A stretch of DNA of 64,000 nt from NCBI GenBank assembly GCA_030141605.1, contig JAQGDQ010000029.1:930001-994000 (forward strand), read 5' to 3'. The position numbers and the translations under genes are program-made. Below are positions 39,237 to 54,816 of this stretch, piece after piece (position 1 is the stretch's first letter; each line of letters opens with the position of its first letter). This stretch comes from Tubiluchus corallicola. Taxonomy: Eukaryota > Animalia > Priapulida. A model generated the notes under the pieces. The model worked only from the letters and a program-made list of their open reading frames with translations. It had not been told where the DNA came from and made no database searches.

Positions 39237-42200
39237 TCTCGCTAATAAATACGACAAATAATCCGAATTATAAAAGCAATGTACTTGGAACTTTACTTAC
39301 AAGTACAACCATTCGTGATCTAATGTCTTTCCACAAACTATTCAAATTAAGATGCAGATTTACATTCACTAGACCTAGGCCTAGATTCACTAGATATTTG
39401 TAAATATTACACAGTTTTTAAAATCCCGTTTCGGTTTCTTTAAGCCTTAAATTTACTGGCATATTGGGTTTACCTAAATAGATCATTTCTTTTAAGTAAT
39501 TAGAAATGTACTTTTTTATATTTAACACTCATTCGTCAATACTCGTAATTGCTAGGTGTAGGCTACATATAAAGCATACATTTAACTTGGTCTACCAATT
39601 TAGATATTTATTTAATACTATTTATATTTATATTACAAATATAAGTAGTTTTATTCTTTGAGCTAACGGACACACCTACGTATTTGCTACACCTGCCGTA
39701 TTGTTGCAAGATAAGAGGTTTGCTTCACCACTTTTATGCCATTAAAACATCAACAAGTTAAAGGAGATGTTATGCGTGACTTGATAATTTGTGTAGAAAG
39801 GGCATTCATACACGGGAACATTCTTCAGTGAGTTTTATGGGCAGTATTATTATTAATATCAGATGAACTGTAATGTCATACCTTGAATGATCTTAAGAAC
39901 TTGTGACATTGACGTCTTGTTGTATGTAGCAACCCGGAAATATACGCTGGAATTTGGTTTTAAAATTTGGCTTGGAAGAGTAATAATAGTTCTTTATTTC
40001 TAAAGTATAGACATTTTAAAGGCACGGCATGGACGTGAAAGCTTTTGTTCATAAAACCTATAAATATCTATACAAATGCTTTTACATGTACTCTTACGTA
40101 TAACAGATAACAGATAACAACAAGTCTTTGAACTTGCGTGTAATGCATTTTAACTGCATTTCTTTCTATACTTTTATTTTATGACACTTATCTTTTACTC
40201 GTACGTTTTTAATATTAAGCGATTTTCGGTAATAATAAGCGGTTATTATTATTACTTGGCCATTTAGTTTCATAAATTAAGTTTAATGAAAGTAAAATGA
40301 GTGTTTGTTGGGTAATTTTATTGAAAATCCACAGATATAAAAGAAAAATCATCAGGTATTATAGAACCAATATAGCCTAATTATTGAAGGTCCATTGCGC
40401 ACTAAAATTATAGGGTTGATTGTTTTGCTAATGTAGTGTATGTAAAGTAGAGCGTTAAATTAAAACTTTTACTTTTCGTAACATCAGCGGCCTGTTTTGT
40501 CAACTGTGCATGGCTTGGTAATCTTCGACACATTTCACTAGACAGTTTTCATTTGGCAAGTCTTCGGGGCCAACTTGGGGCCTTCCGGATCAGGAATATT
40601 GAGCATGTCTAAAAATAATCTTGTAGCCTTATATGTCTTTTCCCTTTTCTAAAGAACTTCGTACTATTAGAGGAGTGCTGCACAACTGTAGAAACGCAGA
40701 CAGTACTCACTGAGAAATGCGGACTGAGAATTTGAACGCAGAATGGTCGTAATAAACGAACTTTATTCTTTTAAAACCAACGGCAATTTGGGATAGCTGC
40801 TATCGAAGCCTATAAGCATTCTTCAGTAAGCCAACTGCCATATATAGCGTTATCTACTATGCTGAAAAAATAAAAGTAAAAATGCCATGGGCACTGGCGG
40901 AATTTTTCTTGCATTATTGCGGGTTAACAACTCATTGTAACTGCCGGCCATTAAACAAAGTTAACCAAATCGTCCACAAACAGTGTAAACACCTTTCACC
41001 GAAACTTGGTCATTGGCTACAGTCAAGCAGGGAGAAAAGCAGAGAAGTCAATATTTGCTGCTGGGAGAATTACTTCCGCGAGTTCGGACGCATGGACGAT
41101 TCTGCCGTCGCTAATCCGAATCAAATCTTAACCGTTCTGCGTGCAGCACCCTTTAAAAGTTTTCGGAGAAATCTGTCGCTTTGATATGCATATTTTATTT
41201 TACAACGTATAAGTTAACTTCTACAATATCGTCCTTAAAATTTTCTACGTTTTAACTCCTTTATCTGTAAAGCAGAAATCCATAGCTACAAAATACCCTC
41301 ATAAACGTCAATCAATGTTAGTGAAAACAGAAACAAAAATCTGTAAACAAAAATCAGCTTAAACCAAAGAAAACCAACTACATTAATTAAATTACAAAGA
41401 TTTATTTTTTATTTAGTAGACTAATCACAATTTGAAGCATGTTGTGCAATGAGTTACGAGTGAATAGAAAATACGAGAAAAACCATGCTGAAGTGATTTA
41501 CGCCCTGATTTTTCTTGACCTTGACTACAGAAAGTTGCACACAATAGAAACTTTCACAAAACGGTGTTTTCTGAGGTGTGTAATTACTACATAGGAAGCT
41601 CAGCTTGTGAAAATGATGAACTACGCGGATTTTTTGGCGAGTTTTTTTCATACAAAAACCTGCAATTAGCCAATTACCTCTACAGACTGTAGCTGCAATT
41701 TCTCCACCTAATGTATTTTTATAATGTTACTGCTTTTTGGGGATTTTAATTCGTCCATGCTTTGTTTGTACTCGTCGCTCACCAACCAATGAAATTGTTT
41801 AATATGTAGGACGTGACCACTATGCCGTCATATGGACCTGTGTTTTGTATGAGTGTTAGTGTATGTATGCATTGTGTAATTTTCTCATTTCTTTTTAATT
41901 GTTATTATTCTATGGATTCGAGCTTTTTATACATGATGTTATTACATGATCCTATACGCGATTAGACCAATATTTTGTAGTTTGTATAAAATTTTTCTAG
42001 TAAAGTAAATTAGCGCATACGGGCACACTTAACTTAAGAGGTGTAATGCTATATTTTTATTATAGTGCATACTGTGTATATTATAGTGTGCAGTAGAAGG
42101 ATTATAATTACGCATTGCCTGTTCCGGCTTCAGGCCATATTTAAGTATTCGCATTCTGCCTACGTACAGCTTTATAGGCATTTCGACGAGTTGTAAAGCT

Positions 42201-44056
42201 CTAAAGTTATTTATTTGAAGGTACTCGTAAATCTGCCGTCTTCCCTCAGAATACAAATTTAATTCTTCCTTTGTGTTATCTGTGCAAGTTTTCTAATTAC
42301 CGCTAAGCCTTATTGATTGCTCATATGCAAATGAGACATTCAACTGGAAATTTATTCATGCAGTCGTTTGAATCTTCTTCAAGTTGGCTTTTTTCATTGA
42401 ATCTGCTGTGAACGCTTTCTTATCGATACATCCAACTGCCTACTCAAGCAAAGATTTCACACAAATTCTCCATTCATTCAGGCTGATGGCACTGTGGTGG
42501 AGTGTTTGAATTTTCGTTGTCTTCCAGTGGGTTTGCTTTGTTTTTTTTATCATCATTACTATCGTCATTATCATCATCGGTATTATCATCATCATTACCA
42601 TCATAATCAAAAATGGATTTGGGACTGAATTAGGTTTTGCTTTTGCTTACTGTTTTTCCTTATTCTAGATGTATAATTTAGTTTTAAATTTAGTGAGAAT
42701 TGCAGTGCAGTCTTCAAAAGAAAGTATAAGCAAAAATAGGTTTTTCCTTTAAAAATGTGTCATTTGGCGTCATGAATTTTTCTAAGATGTGTTTTTCATT
42801 CTGTCTTCGCTGGTAGATAGGCAATACTATTTACTCTTACTGGAACTGTTTTCTTGGTGAATCTCAAAGATATCTCGACGCAATTCACCAACGTCACTGA
42901 AATTTCATCAGTTTTAGGTATTGTCACATGTGCTCTATATGTGTTCTTTTGGGATTCTAAGAATTTATTTTTGCATTCTAAAAATCCTAGGCCTTTATAA
43001 AGGAATTACCACTACTGCATTGAGATACGCGCTAAGTAATCTGATCTACGCCCTTTCACATTATGTAGTTTATTTGCAGCAGCTCGCGACTCACTGAAGA
43101 CTATGTTCTGATTTCTATTTCAGCTTTCTAAGACTTCGCCTGGACTCATAAAAAGTAATCTATAATGACTATGTAGACATGAATCCGGATAATTATTGAT
43201 GCAGTGTAATTATTTATTAGGAAGTGTGTCGGATTTTCCTATAGCCGGTTAGCAAAACTTGCGTAGTTCACGAATGGTATAATAGAGAGTGGGATTACGC
43301 TCGAGTTGATAAAAACGCTAGTGAACGTTCAAATTCATAAGAATACGTGTGTATACATATAACGACTTTTTAACCAAAGGAGCTGTGCTGAATCTGGCTT
43401 CATTGCTACGTGAAGATGCTCTTACCGAGTTAGCACTGTTTATCAAACTGTCATGTTATGAATAAACTTCAGTTTTTTGTGCAGTTTCATCAGTCTTTGA
43501 CATCTATAACTCTGTTACAAAACATTATAGCCTTGCAGACAGATGAAGACATTTGGAGGCCACTATTCTCTATTTACGCTGCAGTAATGCTTCTGAGGTT
43601 GTAGTGTTGAATATAACATGATTTCTCTGACGACACTTGCATAACTAACTCAATTGCCTGTCAGTCAGCGTACTTGACTGGCTTCACCAATGCAGTTGGT
43701 TACAGCGACGGACGGTTGGCTTCAGTAATTCAGTGAGAACCGGCAGACTCTACTGGTGCAACTTATCGTGTTAGACCCGATTCCTGTCTGACATAAGCGA
43801 GATTTGTTCTCGGAAACGTCGTAGCAACTCTGAAAAACACTCGGTGATTAATTTTGGCGACAAGAGATTTACAGTTTTTAGTCCGTCGAGTAAATGGAAA
43901 TTAAACTTTTCCGGGCGCATGACATTCTTAGAACTTTGCTTTGACGGAGCACATAAGAGCGGGACGTTATTCCAAGGTCTTTTGCGTTAATTCATAATAG
44001 GTGGTAAACCAAAGTAACTAAGTAAACATTAGATAAAGGTTAAGCAACAGTCAGCA

Positions 44057-44202
44057 ATGTTTGGATCAGTGACTATTTTGGACGCACCTGGTGTGACGTC
44101 ACAGCAGCAGCGGATGTTCACTCTGCCAAATCGGAAACCCCCAAAAAGATGGAAGTCGTGCGTGTCGTTTCGAACTTTAGGCCGGTCTTCCCGGATATTT
44201 CG
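44057..44202 (+). CDS. Candidate alternative first coding exon MFGSVTILDAPGVTSQQQRMFTLPNRKPPKRWKSCVSFRTLGRSSRIF(R)
   Basis: GC-rich 48-codon open frame from ATG 44057 ending CG|GTAAGT (consensus donor, phase 2, same junction as 17525); preceded by a CpG-richer region with TCAGT motifs (about 43700-43740). A second frame is also open, so the frame is not certain. Confidence 0.5.
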
Positions 44203-47139
44203 GTAAGTTTGCACGGTTTTGTTAGCGTCTTTAAATGACATCAAATTTTGATATTTGCCTACCAAAGTAAAACTTACTACTATAGTTAACTATAAAACAG
44301 CTTTTGCAAATTGGGTAAATAAGCGACGTAAAAGTAACTAGCAAATAAAAACGCTTTTGAACTCCTCCCAAAAAAGCAGAAATATTGATTACAAAGAAAT
44401 CGTGTTACTTATTCTTTTGCATCGGGTATCCTAACCTTTTGCAGCATTGAGCAACATTATAAACTGTCATGCACAGTTTGAATTGCTTTTCTGGGAAACT
44501 ATTCTCATTCATGTTAACTGCTACTGCAGATCTCATCGTGGTCATAAATCTTATAATATTATTGTCAACACGACCACACATCCACATATATGATACGTGA
44601 AGAATTGAGCATGTGGTTTATACAAATATTTCTAACTATGATTTGCCAAATCATTAAAGCAGTAGCACTTTGGGAAAATTGTAATCGTTAAGCTCTTGCA
44701 CCAGATCATAATAATGTTTGATATACCGCCTCGTTTTCACGCAATTCTATAGTACAGACAATATATGAACTCGCCATCGAATAAAGTATTGTGTGAACAC
44801 GAATACCGAACACACCCAGTCACATAACCCCCGCAATACAATCTATGACTTCTCACAAAACATCGCTGACTTCTACGTGACTGGAAATTGTTGCTTGAGA
44901 TACAGGAACTCCGCAACATACAATGACTTTATGAAAGCGCTTTGTACTGAATAAGTCAGTATCAGTATCTAGAGAATGGCCCAGGCTTTGCTGCGCTTAA
45001 CCTAACTGCTCCATTTCCGAAAAGATATCCACGTTGCCTTGCAAATCTACACGTGCAACAACACCTCCAACTGCATACCCTTTTGTGAAAATGGTTTTCT
45101 TGCATTGTGACGGGCTTTTACGTTTATAATTAGGATAATAAATGGCCAGAATGAAAACAGCTTTATACTAAGCTTGCTTATGTACACTTATCTGTAGTAC
45201 ATGCATATTTTTATACGTATGTTACAAATTTATATGTATTACATTATTTATATTAATATGTAAGCCTGCGATCAGCGGCCGGAATTCAAGTTATTATGAC
45301 AGTTACTATAACAAATAAAAATTACTTACATAGACGGAACTTGGTTAGCGTTCGATTTTTAAATCATCATAGCTTGTTTGTTTCGATTTAATTATTTATT
45401 ATTAAAGATTTGGTAAGGTATATGTTATTCATTTAAGGTAATTGGGCTTCTTTTGTTGTAAATACAACGACTATCTGTCCCAACGTTTGCTGCAAAAAAT
45501 GCACCCACGTTCTATTACCTGTTTTTTGTTGAATAATAATTATTTTCATTTTTTGAAACCAATGTCATATGCGACACCCACTTTACTACACCCAGGAACT
45601 TGCGCAGTGGAATTCATGTGAAATAAAACTTTCATGTTTTTATAGCCTTTCCCTGATTATTTCGTAGGTACCATATAGTTTTTTAATCAGGTGCAATAAT
45701 CTTTATTACAAGGACCGCAACAACCCTGTTCTGTAACTCATTCTGCTCAACAAGAAACTAATATTCATGGTCCAGTTTGGCCAAATTGCTGCACGGATGA
45801 TTTCATATAATGGTGTCACTGCTCCCTATAATTAGGTACCGAATCAGCTTCACATTTTATTGCTTTCGATAAATCTGAAGATGGATGCATCTGTTATTTA
45901 AACCATTACCACATTTGAGATGAGACTTCAGGGTTTTGAGAATTCTGCTTGTCGTGCAAGGTAGAACCGTCGTCATGACGGTTTAGTCTTTCTTCGTTCT
46001 AGGCGTTTCACCCATTGCATTGCAGACAAAATTCCATTCAGAGTATATTGCATTTCTAGTTTGACAGACATATAAAGGAAAAACTGGTATTTCTTATAAC
46101 TTACCACATTAGCCGTTCGCTAATTAGAATGCCGTCCGCTAGCTATTATAACTGATCCCATCATTTGTCGTCCTTTGAACAAATGCATTCCGTACCGATA
46201 CCGTGCTTTGTACCTTTTAAATAGATGATATTTCGAACCTTTTGAATAGTTAACATATAGAAGAGAAGCTTTCAGGCTTGCAAAAGATGTTGGTTGTTTT
46301 GAATGCGGTGATAATAAACAAACGCATTGCTGTTGACTTGAACTTGACGTCAAAATATTGATTTTAAAATAGGTAAAACTCGATCCGATTTGTTAGTCTG
46401 GGAAAGTTTGTTACACTCGTTCTTTTGAATGCACGCTGTTTGAATTTTTTCTTAGGTTTTGTGCAGAACTGAAGAAAGAGTTAGGCATAAAATTATCCCT
46501 ATGTTGTTATTCTTCAGATGAAAAATGTTTTTGCAACAGACCAGTCAGTTATTCTTCTTATTGGTTTTTCGCTGGAAGTCTTTTATCTACAAATTGCTTT
46601 CGGTTTAGATAAGGAGAGAGCGCCATTGGGCATTAGGGATTATCGTCACAGTCCATAATATTGTGACTGCTAAATTGACTAAAAATCTTAGTCCATTCTC
46701 TATGAGAAGCTACTGAACCGTCATGCTCAACAAATATTCCTGGCACGTAGGTATGTACCTGTAGATTTTCCTCTTACCTGTCAGAAATACCAACGGTCGT
46801 TCTTATCATACCTTAAGATCATCAAGTTAAAGATACCGATCCTATTCTTGGGTTTTCTTCGTAGCAGAACTTCAAGCGGCTTTCGTTTTTGTCTGTGAGA
46901 AAGTGCAGATTGGAAAGATAGCATCAGTATATTTATGTACTACCTTTCTGTTGCCTGCAGACAACATATTCACTACATTATACTGAAGGCCAGATAAGTT
47001 TAGGTTAAATTATTGCTAAAATAAGTGTGTTTTTAAAGGTGTCACATTAGCCTGACATAACACTATTAATGTAACGAATGCATTGTAACAACTAGTGTCG
47101 TGTAGCGTAAGGTACTAGCATTTCGAAGTCACCTTCACA

Positions 47140-47215
47140 ACACCACACCACACCACACCACACCACACCACACCACACTACACTACACTACATTACACTA
47201 CACTACACTACACTA
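47140..47215. repeat. (CACAC)n-(CACTA)n pentanucleotide microsatellite
   Basis: Directly visible. Confidence 0.9.
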
Positions 47216-47661
47216 CTCTATTCTACATTATTAGTCGACTATTTCTAAGGTTGTTTTCACTAATTCGATTATCTAGTTGTCTTGTTGTGTGACCTATGTA
47301 CTGACTGACACATCCACGACACTTAAAACTATATTACATAGGGAAGACCAAAGTTACTAGAAATGTCCTTTTTCCTCAACCATAAGGCTGCGGACATTTT
47401 TATTTTTGTACTGATAAAAAATTGTTTTATATTTGTATCGTCCAAGAAGGCTAATATTTTTCGCACTCACACTGCGTTTTAGTTTACTATGATTAAAATG
47501 AGTGTGCGTATGCTTTATATGCACCTAATATAATAATCTTATATTATAACATATTATTTTATTAAATATAGGCTGATGCATCTCTAAAAATTTGATATGT
47601 TATACGGGCTATCAATGAAATTGACAATTTTATTGTGACATTTTGTTCACAAGAGACCTAC

Positions 47662-47694
47662 TATATATATATATATATATATATACATATATAT
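47662..47694. repeat. (TA)n microsatellite
   Basis: Directly visible. Confidence 0.9.
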
Positions 47695-50364
47695 GTGGTT
47701 TTATAGCGTACCGTAAAAAACCTTTAAACTAATGCCGTAAACCCCTGCTTAATGCCATAAAAGCTAATTTATATATACTACTAATTATGAATACCATAAA
47801 ATACCCGATTACACATCTTCATGATGTACGAAATTTAAATTCAGGACATTTTACTTGTACGTATTTTACTGTACAGCATCATCAGAATGTTTTGTTAATT
47901 TATTGTAAATCAGTCGACGTAACGGAACATAGAAAAACAAATAGGGTAAAGTGGGCTAATGTTGTACACTGGCTAATGTCGGATAATCAGCTTCAGGCTT
48001 TTCTAAAGATAGCAAAGTAGTATAGACGCTGTTTTTTACACTCCTTTATTAATAAAGAGAGGGAAAACAGCATTTATATTATATTACTTTGTTACTTTTA
48101 TAAAAGGCCGACACTCATTGTGCGATATTAACCTAAATAATATTTTTTGTTAAACCTCTACTGCCATACTTACAACAACGCCGTGATATTGTAAAAAATA
48201 TGGTTTTATCTGTATATGAAGTGTTCTTACAATCTCCTCGTTAGCTACATAAGCAAAGGAGGGCAGTTCGAAATTCAGTTTTGCCCTATGTTTAACTAGC
48301 TAAATGTTTTAAGAAGCTGATCGTGTTGTTCCCGGAGTATGCTTTCTTAGATAAAGCTGCTTTTTTTGTTTAAGAAGTGATTAAGTTATGTTCAAACAAT
48401 CAATACTATTTCTTGTCTTGATCCTTGATAAGTACACTATGCTATATTGTATAACGGTGTCCTTGAATAAATACAAGTTTAGAGTAGGAGCTCCTTCGGA
48501 TTACTCATGGCTAGCTATACTGTCAGTAAATGTGAAATTATTGCCTCACTTGAGTTTTTAATGCGTTTAGTTTAGATCTAATGGGCTATAGTGAAAAAAT
48601 TATAGACCGAAAACATTTTTTAATATGAAACGGGTTGCGTTACTGGTATAAGTCACTCATAGGTTTGAATATAAGTTCTTTTGCCTTTCTGCTCTATTAC
48701 AAACCTGTAAACCTATTGTGTCATGTTTTTAATGTGCAGTTTGGTACAAGTACAGATAATATTGATAGTTGCGACAGAACCGAAATCTAGCTAATTGTGA
48801 TATATCTTTCCAAGTTTGGGTGTTTGTACATCTTTCCTCAAGTAGCGGACTAGTAGTAGATACTAGTAGTAGGAGTTAGCCTTCCGGCACCCCACGGACC
48901 ATGCTACTTCTCACTGAATGGTCCTCTCGCTGAGTGGGCAGCATTTTCTTCCTATTGACTAAATGACTTGCGTTTTGCTGACCTTTGCCAACATATTTGC
49001 CAGGAATGTGTTCCATCAATTTTGCTGTTCTGTCCTGTTACGTGCGAATAACTATATTTTGTGTGTATGGTGTCTAACACCTTTGCGTTCTAGTTTTTTT
49101 TGCATTTTGTCGCAAACTACCAGGAAGTTTTAAAATGCTTAACAACTGCTCAGGTGAGTATGAAAAATGACAGACGCCAAACGAGTTAGGTTGTGCAATG
49201 AAGTGTTGCTCAAAGAGTTTGTCACTGATCAAATGATAAACAAGTGGAAAAACTAGTATTTCAGAAGTCTGCGACAGGTGTTGTTTTTCTAAGTAAGCTC
49301 CATGTATGAAACTTTTATATATACACAAGACTACTGAAAACAAACTCTCGAGCAGTAGATACTGTTATTGTTGATTACTACACTATTATGACTGTTTGCG
49401 GTACGCTGATACACGTGAAGATCTGGCGGGACAATAGAGCTTTTGTCACACGTCTCTGTAGCTTCGGGCCATTTATTATATTCGCACGCAAATCATAGCT
49501 TATCGTTCAATTTTCGCTGACCTCATGTTGGTTCAGATTTTGGGGCCAGATGCTAACTTGTACACGTCAAATGGACCTTTAATTTATGACGTAATTGAGC
49601 TAGTTCACCTACCTGCATGACCGGGTGCGGTAGAAATATTCCCTTTTGTTGGTGTTGGTCTCATTCACACGAGGAGTGGTGAGCTTTTCAGTACAATTTT
49701 TTGTGCTTTTTCTTAGTGTTAAATCACTAATCAGCTTTTTTGAAATGTTGATGTGACCAGCATTGTTAATAGTGACTTTATCGGATGTAATTATACCAGT
49801 AGAGGCTAAATGAATGCAGATTACACGTGGCATGGTAATCAGACGCTGGCATTTTATTGTTGTATATTTATAATCTTTCTTAAGTGTAAATAATTGCTTG
49901 TGTGACGTCAGTTTACAGCTAATCTGAGTCATGGCCAGGTGCATCATCTTAACTTCTTGATTGTGAAATGAAAATATTTAAGTTGAAAAGAGTCATATTA
50001 AATCTGTGACCATCTGATGTAATTCGCGTTATGAACTTTGCACGACATTAAACTGACAAATCACTTCTCAAAAGAACAATTTTCGCTTTAGATGCCAGAT
50101 TTGTTGGCATCATATAATATTATACATTCTTAAAGGTGTCTTTCTATGATTACTTATTAAAATATTTGTGCGAGTTGGCGACACTGTATCTCAAGATACT
50201 TCAATGCTAGTTTACGTTGTGCGTTCAAGTGCTGCCACCTCATTGGCTCACAAGAAAAGTCAGATTATACGATAAAACTGAAGAAATTTAAGATTGAGAA
50301 TCTTATAAAATCTTGATATGGTTAAACGGTTGGCAAAATGGAGGAGCTATTCTTCTCTTCTCAG

Positions 50365-50394
50365 AAAGGATGGAACATTCGTGTGTTATACAGG
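50365..50394 (+). CDS. Candidate 30-nt exon, (R/I)KDGTFVCYT(G): possible end of LIM finger 2
   Basis: Acceptor tattcttctcttctcag, donor GG|GTAAGC at 50395, phase 2-2, stop-free; KDGxxxC resembles the KDG-x-x-[YF]-C end of LIM domains. Confidence 0.4.
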
Positions 50395-52852
50395 GTAAGC
50401 AGAAAAATATTCAATTAAAATTTTCCAACATAATTTCTAGTTTTGTTTTAGAATAAGTATTTCGTGCAACAATTTTTCGGCAATCAATATTAAAGTTTAC
50501 ATAAACTCTTGCTGCTGTTTCGATATATTGTGTTGTTTTGGGGAGTACGCTGGTCGTGCTACAAAGAACACAGCTATGTTTTTTGGATCGCCACGTAACT
50601 TAATTTCCTAATTAAAACACAGATAAAGTTAATATAAACGTTGGACACATTTTTTACATTGGCTCGCACACTCATACTTGTACCAATCAGTGTCCTGCTA
50701 AGCCTCGGTCAATATTGAGATCAATGAGTATTTAGGAGAATGTCTCCTCTTAGCACTCAAACGAGCTGCGCTGCTGTAATATAAGCTTTAGTATGCTAAT
50801 CTATTCTGCATGCATGTGCGGTGAGTGCCAGTTACCAAAATTCACTATCTCAGAATTCTTTAAATTTCCTTCAAACTTACTGTTGATAATTATTTTTTGA
50901 CGAGAAATACATCTGACAGCATACAACAGCATTTTGATTACAACAGTGAACGGTATTTTGATACAACAGTGACATATATGGGGCCTACAGCATACTACCC
51001 AAAGAAAACAGCCCGACAATTGGGTAGAATCGTCAAACAAACAGAAAAAAGAGGCAAAAATGACACCATATTCAGAATAATTTATAACAATTAACATCAA
51101 ACTTATTAAAAATACCATCGCTAGTACAAATCTTCAAGATGCGCGAAAGAAAACGTGACTGTTTAGTATTGTCCTTGTCGGTGTCATTGTTGTTGTTGTT
51201 GGTATGATAGGTCTTGTTATTTCATTTTTAGTTCAACTTTGAAAATTAAAAGTTACCATATTTACTACCTCACTTTGTTCATTTTCTTAATGTCTGTTCA
51301 TTTTTCATAATTTTTCGCTACAGCTTCTTCCACTTGTAAATTCAAGAGCCACATTAATTCTTCTGCATTCGTAATGTGGTGAGATTTGTTATTGATTGAC
51401 AGAAGCATAACATAAGTCAAAGTGCTCATCTCATAAGAATTTGAAACCATTGCAATGGCTAAATGGTTTATATGTATAAACAAGAAATCTAGGACATCCA
51501 TTGATAAAATAACTCAACATACGTGTGCTATTTAGCGTGAGTTACTGTTTTCATCCAGGAACGAATTTCGTTTAAATTTCACTTCTACTTGGACAACATA
51601 AATACGTAACAATATAATTGGGTTAGATTGCAATTCTGTGACCGTACTATGCTACACTTGAGTTCGGTTTAACTGTTTCAATCTAACCCCTTATATCGAT
51701 GCGTAAATTATACGTCGGGTAAGCTAAGACAACACTCAATCTCAAATTTATTGATCTCAGAATCTTGCGACGTTTCAGTAGTTTGTAGGTTAACGAATCG
51801 CTAATACTAGGTCGATACACAATCATTAGTATAAACAAGCATGCGACGTCAACATTTTTTAGCGTGAATTGTTCAATGCTGTCAACTTACAAAGACCTCT
51901 TTGTTAAAACAAACGTATTTTAGTGAAGCTTCAGCCGTTTAATGACTCTTATACCGTCTGTGCATCGAAGTAGCTAGCTTAGCATTCTCGTTTGCACGAA
52001 AGCGCATCCACTACACGCGAAGGAAATGTGTTGAGCAGAACTGACCAATGAAATTAATATGCTCAAAATAAGCAAGATGAAAAGATGATTTTAGTTTTTA
52101 ATTCATCATACACGTTTTTGTTCTGAAAGGGTTAAGTTTCTCACAGTAGCTCATGAAATTTCTTCTCTCAGCATGTTTCCGTTTATATGATCCGCCTTAC
52201 AATCCACACTTACTATTTAAAAGGTCAACTGTATTGCGGTTTTTGTAATAAATGTGGCTTGAAATGTATAAATAAAGTAGTTTTATTAGCTACCTTGAAA
52301 TTCCTTTTTAGTGCTTAGACCACTACTTAGCTGAAGTTGTTCTTGTGTAAAAACGTGGCTAGTGGCTGTGAACTTCTGCAAACATTCAGTGTTAATTATT
52401 AAACATTTCCTTAAATGCTCCCGTACACATAATAAGATGATTCCCAAGCAAAAATACTTAGTTCTTTCGAAGCAACTTTCTTTGTAGTCCATATGTGCCT
52501 GAACCAATAGCGTGTAACATTTTCAGGGTCTAATGTGTACACATACATTATGTGTGTTCCATGTTTTGATTTTGCCCAAAAAAACAACTTTTTGACCTGA
52601 TTAATTGGTGCTGTTGAAAGTTGAAACCATCAATCAGTGGAACTCGAGCAAAAACGGTCACGTCGCTCGTCGTTCCACTTTCTTTTCCTAATTACAGAAG
52701 AAAGCTAATGATGTCGCAACGGTCGCTGTTAGTTTCACTCGAGGCGGGTACTGGTCGTATCGTTTGCATAAGTTCCGTTACACTTTCTACTTTCTTTGAC
52801 TTTAGAACTTTAATGATGTAAACTGTTGACCTTTTTCACCTCCCCGGTCCCC

Positions 52853-53063
<211 letters not shown>

Positions 53064-54774
53064 CTCAGCCTGTCCCTCTTTTTTCATTCCCACTCTTTTT
53101 CTTTCATAAATAACGTCATTTAGTAATCCTTCTATATTTAGTACATACATACAGGAGACGGCATAATTTAGCTCACTTATAGGGCAATTCTAGTTTGCGG
53201 CAATCCTCTTTTATCTGTTTGTCGTTATCTCTTTTGCTCTCTCTCGCTTTGTCGTTTCTCTGCCTCTCTTTCACTCCTCACATACGTAAAGGCTGTCAAT
53301 CATGCGTGTACTGCTTTCGAAAGCAAAATTAATATACTTATTCGTATAGTAACTCCGAGTAAATTTGTCCTTATTTTTTCTTCCCATCTTTCACTACATT
53401 TGTGGCTAGTAAAGTAGAGAACGTGTCCTTCCCGAAATTTGCGCCAGGTTCGTGACCCTCGCGCCGCAAGAACGTCACCTCAACAAAGATAGGTTTGGCG
53501 CTACATTGCAAGCACTCCTACGGTTTTAGTAAAGAAACAATATTATTTTAGCAAACATGGCGGGTGTTTTATTAAGAAGGTTAATAGGTGAGCTTACGCT
53601 TGCTTGCTCTGCGCGTCCGTTTTAGGTAATAACTTATATGTAGTTTGGTATAATACTTGGACAGTTGTGTCTAAAATTCGAGTTGTTGATACTTGAGGGT
53701 ATACAGAACCCCTGTGAATGCTGTCATTTAAAATTCAGCATAATTGCCAAAATATTGACGGTTTGCTTATCCATTCTTAAAATAAAATTACGACTTACAA
53801 TTTATGTAATCAAAATATAATGAATATTATAGTGATTATAATGATTATAATTATCATCAAGCTGTATTAATTTTTATGTCTTATGGTGCATAATTTATTT
53901 TTTGGTTGGTTTCTTTCAAGAAAAAATTGTTAATTAAGGCCTATAGTCTATTACTTGCAACTACTACTTGGTAAGGTATCTTAACAATCACTAGTTTCAG
54001 TTTGTAATTAATTTTAAAACACTGAAATCATGAGCTCAATTACATTTTCATTCAATGTACTACCAATATTTTCAATTATATCTATAATTATATAATGGAA
54101 AGATATCAAAGTTGGACAGACATCGCTTCATTTACACGTCAATTTCGTTCATTAGAGAAATTCGAAGTGACAATAATTTGATGTGATTACTATATAGTAA
54201 TTAAGTAACGCTGTTTTTCTAGCTTTTTTCAAGAACTGGAGAAATACAGAAGACCCCTACTATGTTTGTTTTAGAGCTTAGTTGGGATACTACACAATAT
54301 CTTATTTTCTAGAGGTGCTCTTTTGACGCCAACTCTTAATCCTCTTTTGCTATTTCCGAGGTCAATTAGGGATAAATTAGTGGCTTTAAAACTAAGGTTA
54401 AAAATAAGAAAACGTCTGTAGACTTCATAAAGTTATGTTAGACCTAAGTACGCGCATGTCTGGTTTTAATTGTCATTAACTACAGTTATTATGCGAAAAT
54501 AATATGGGCGATCTGTTTTCAACGGTGTTTTTAATAATAAAAAGATCATAACACGGAATAATTCATTACTAGAAATTTCATTAATATTGAAAAATCTGTC
54601 TTACATTTTCCATGCACTTATTGGTACTTCTCCGACCAATTCAACGTTTTTCAAACTGGCTGTTGTGTCGTTTGCGCCATCTCTCGGTGTCATTGAAAAA
54701 GTTTCATATGTGCATGGTAAATGAAAGCGTAATGCTGGGCCATCATTATCAGTCAATCTAATCTTTGTCTGCAG

Positions 54775-54816
54775 GTGCAGACTCTGTAAAGGCTTATTGC
54801 GTTTTATCGATAACAG
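54775..54816 (+). CDS. Weak candidate 42-nt phase 2-2 exon (CRLCKGLLRFIDN)
   Basis: Good acceptor ctaatctttgtctgcag with branch-point match; frame-preserving, but donor AG|GTGGCA is poor. Confidence 0.15.
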
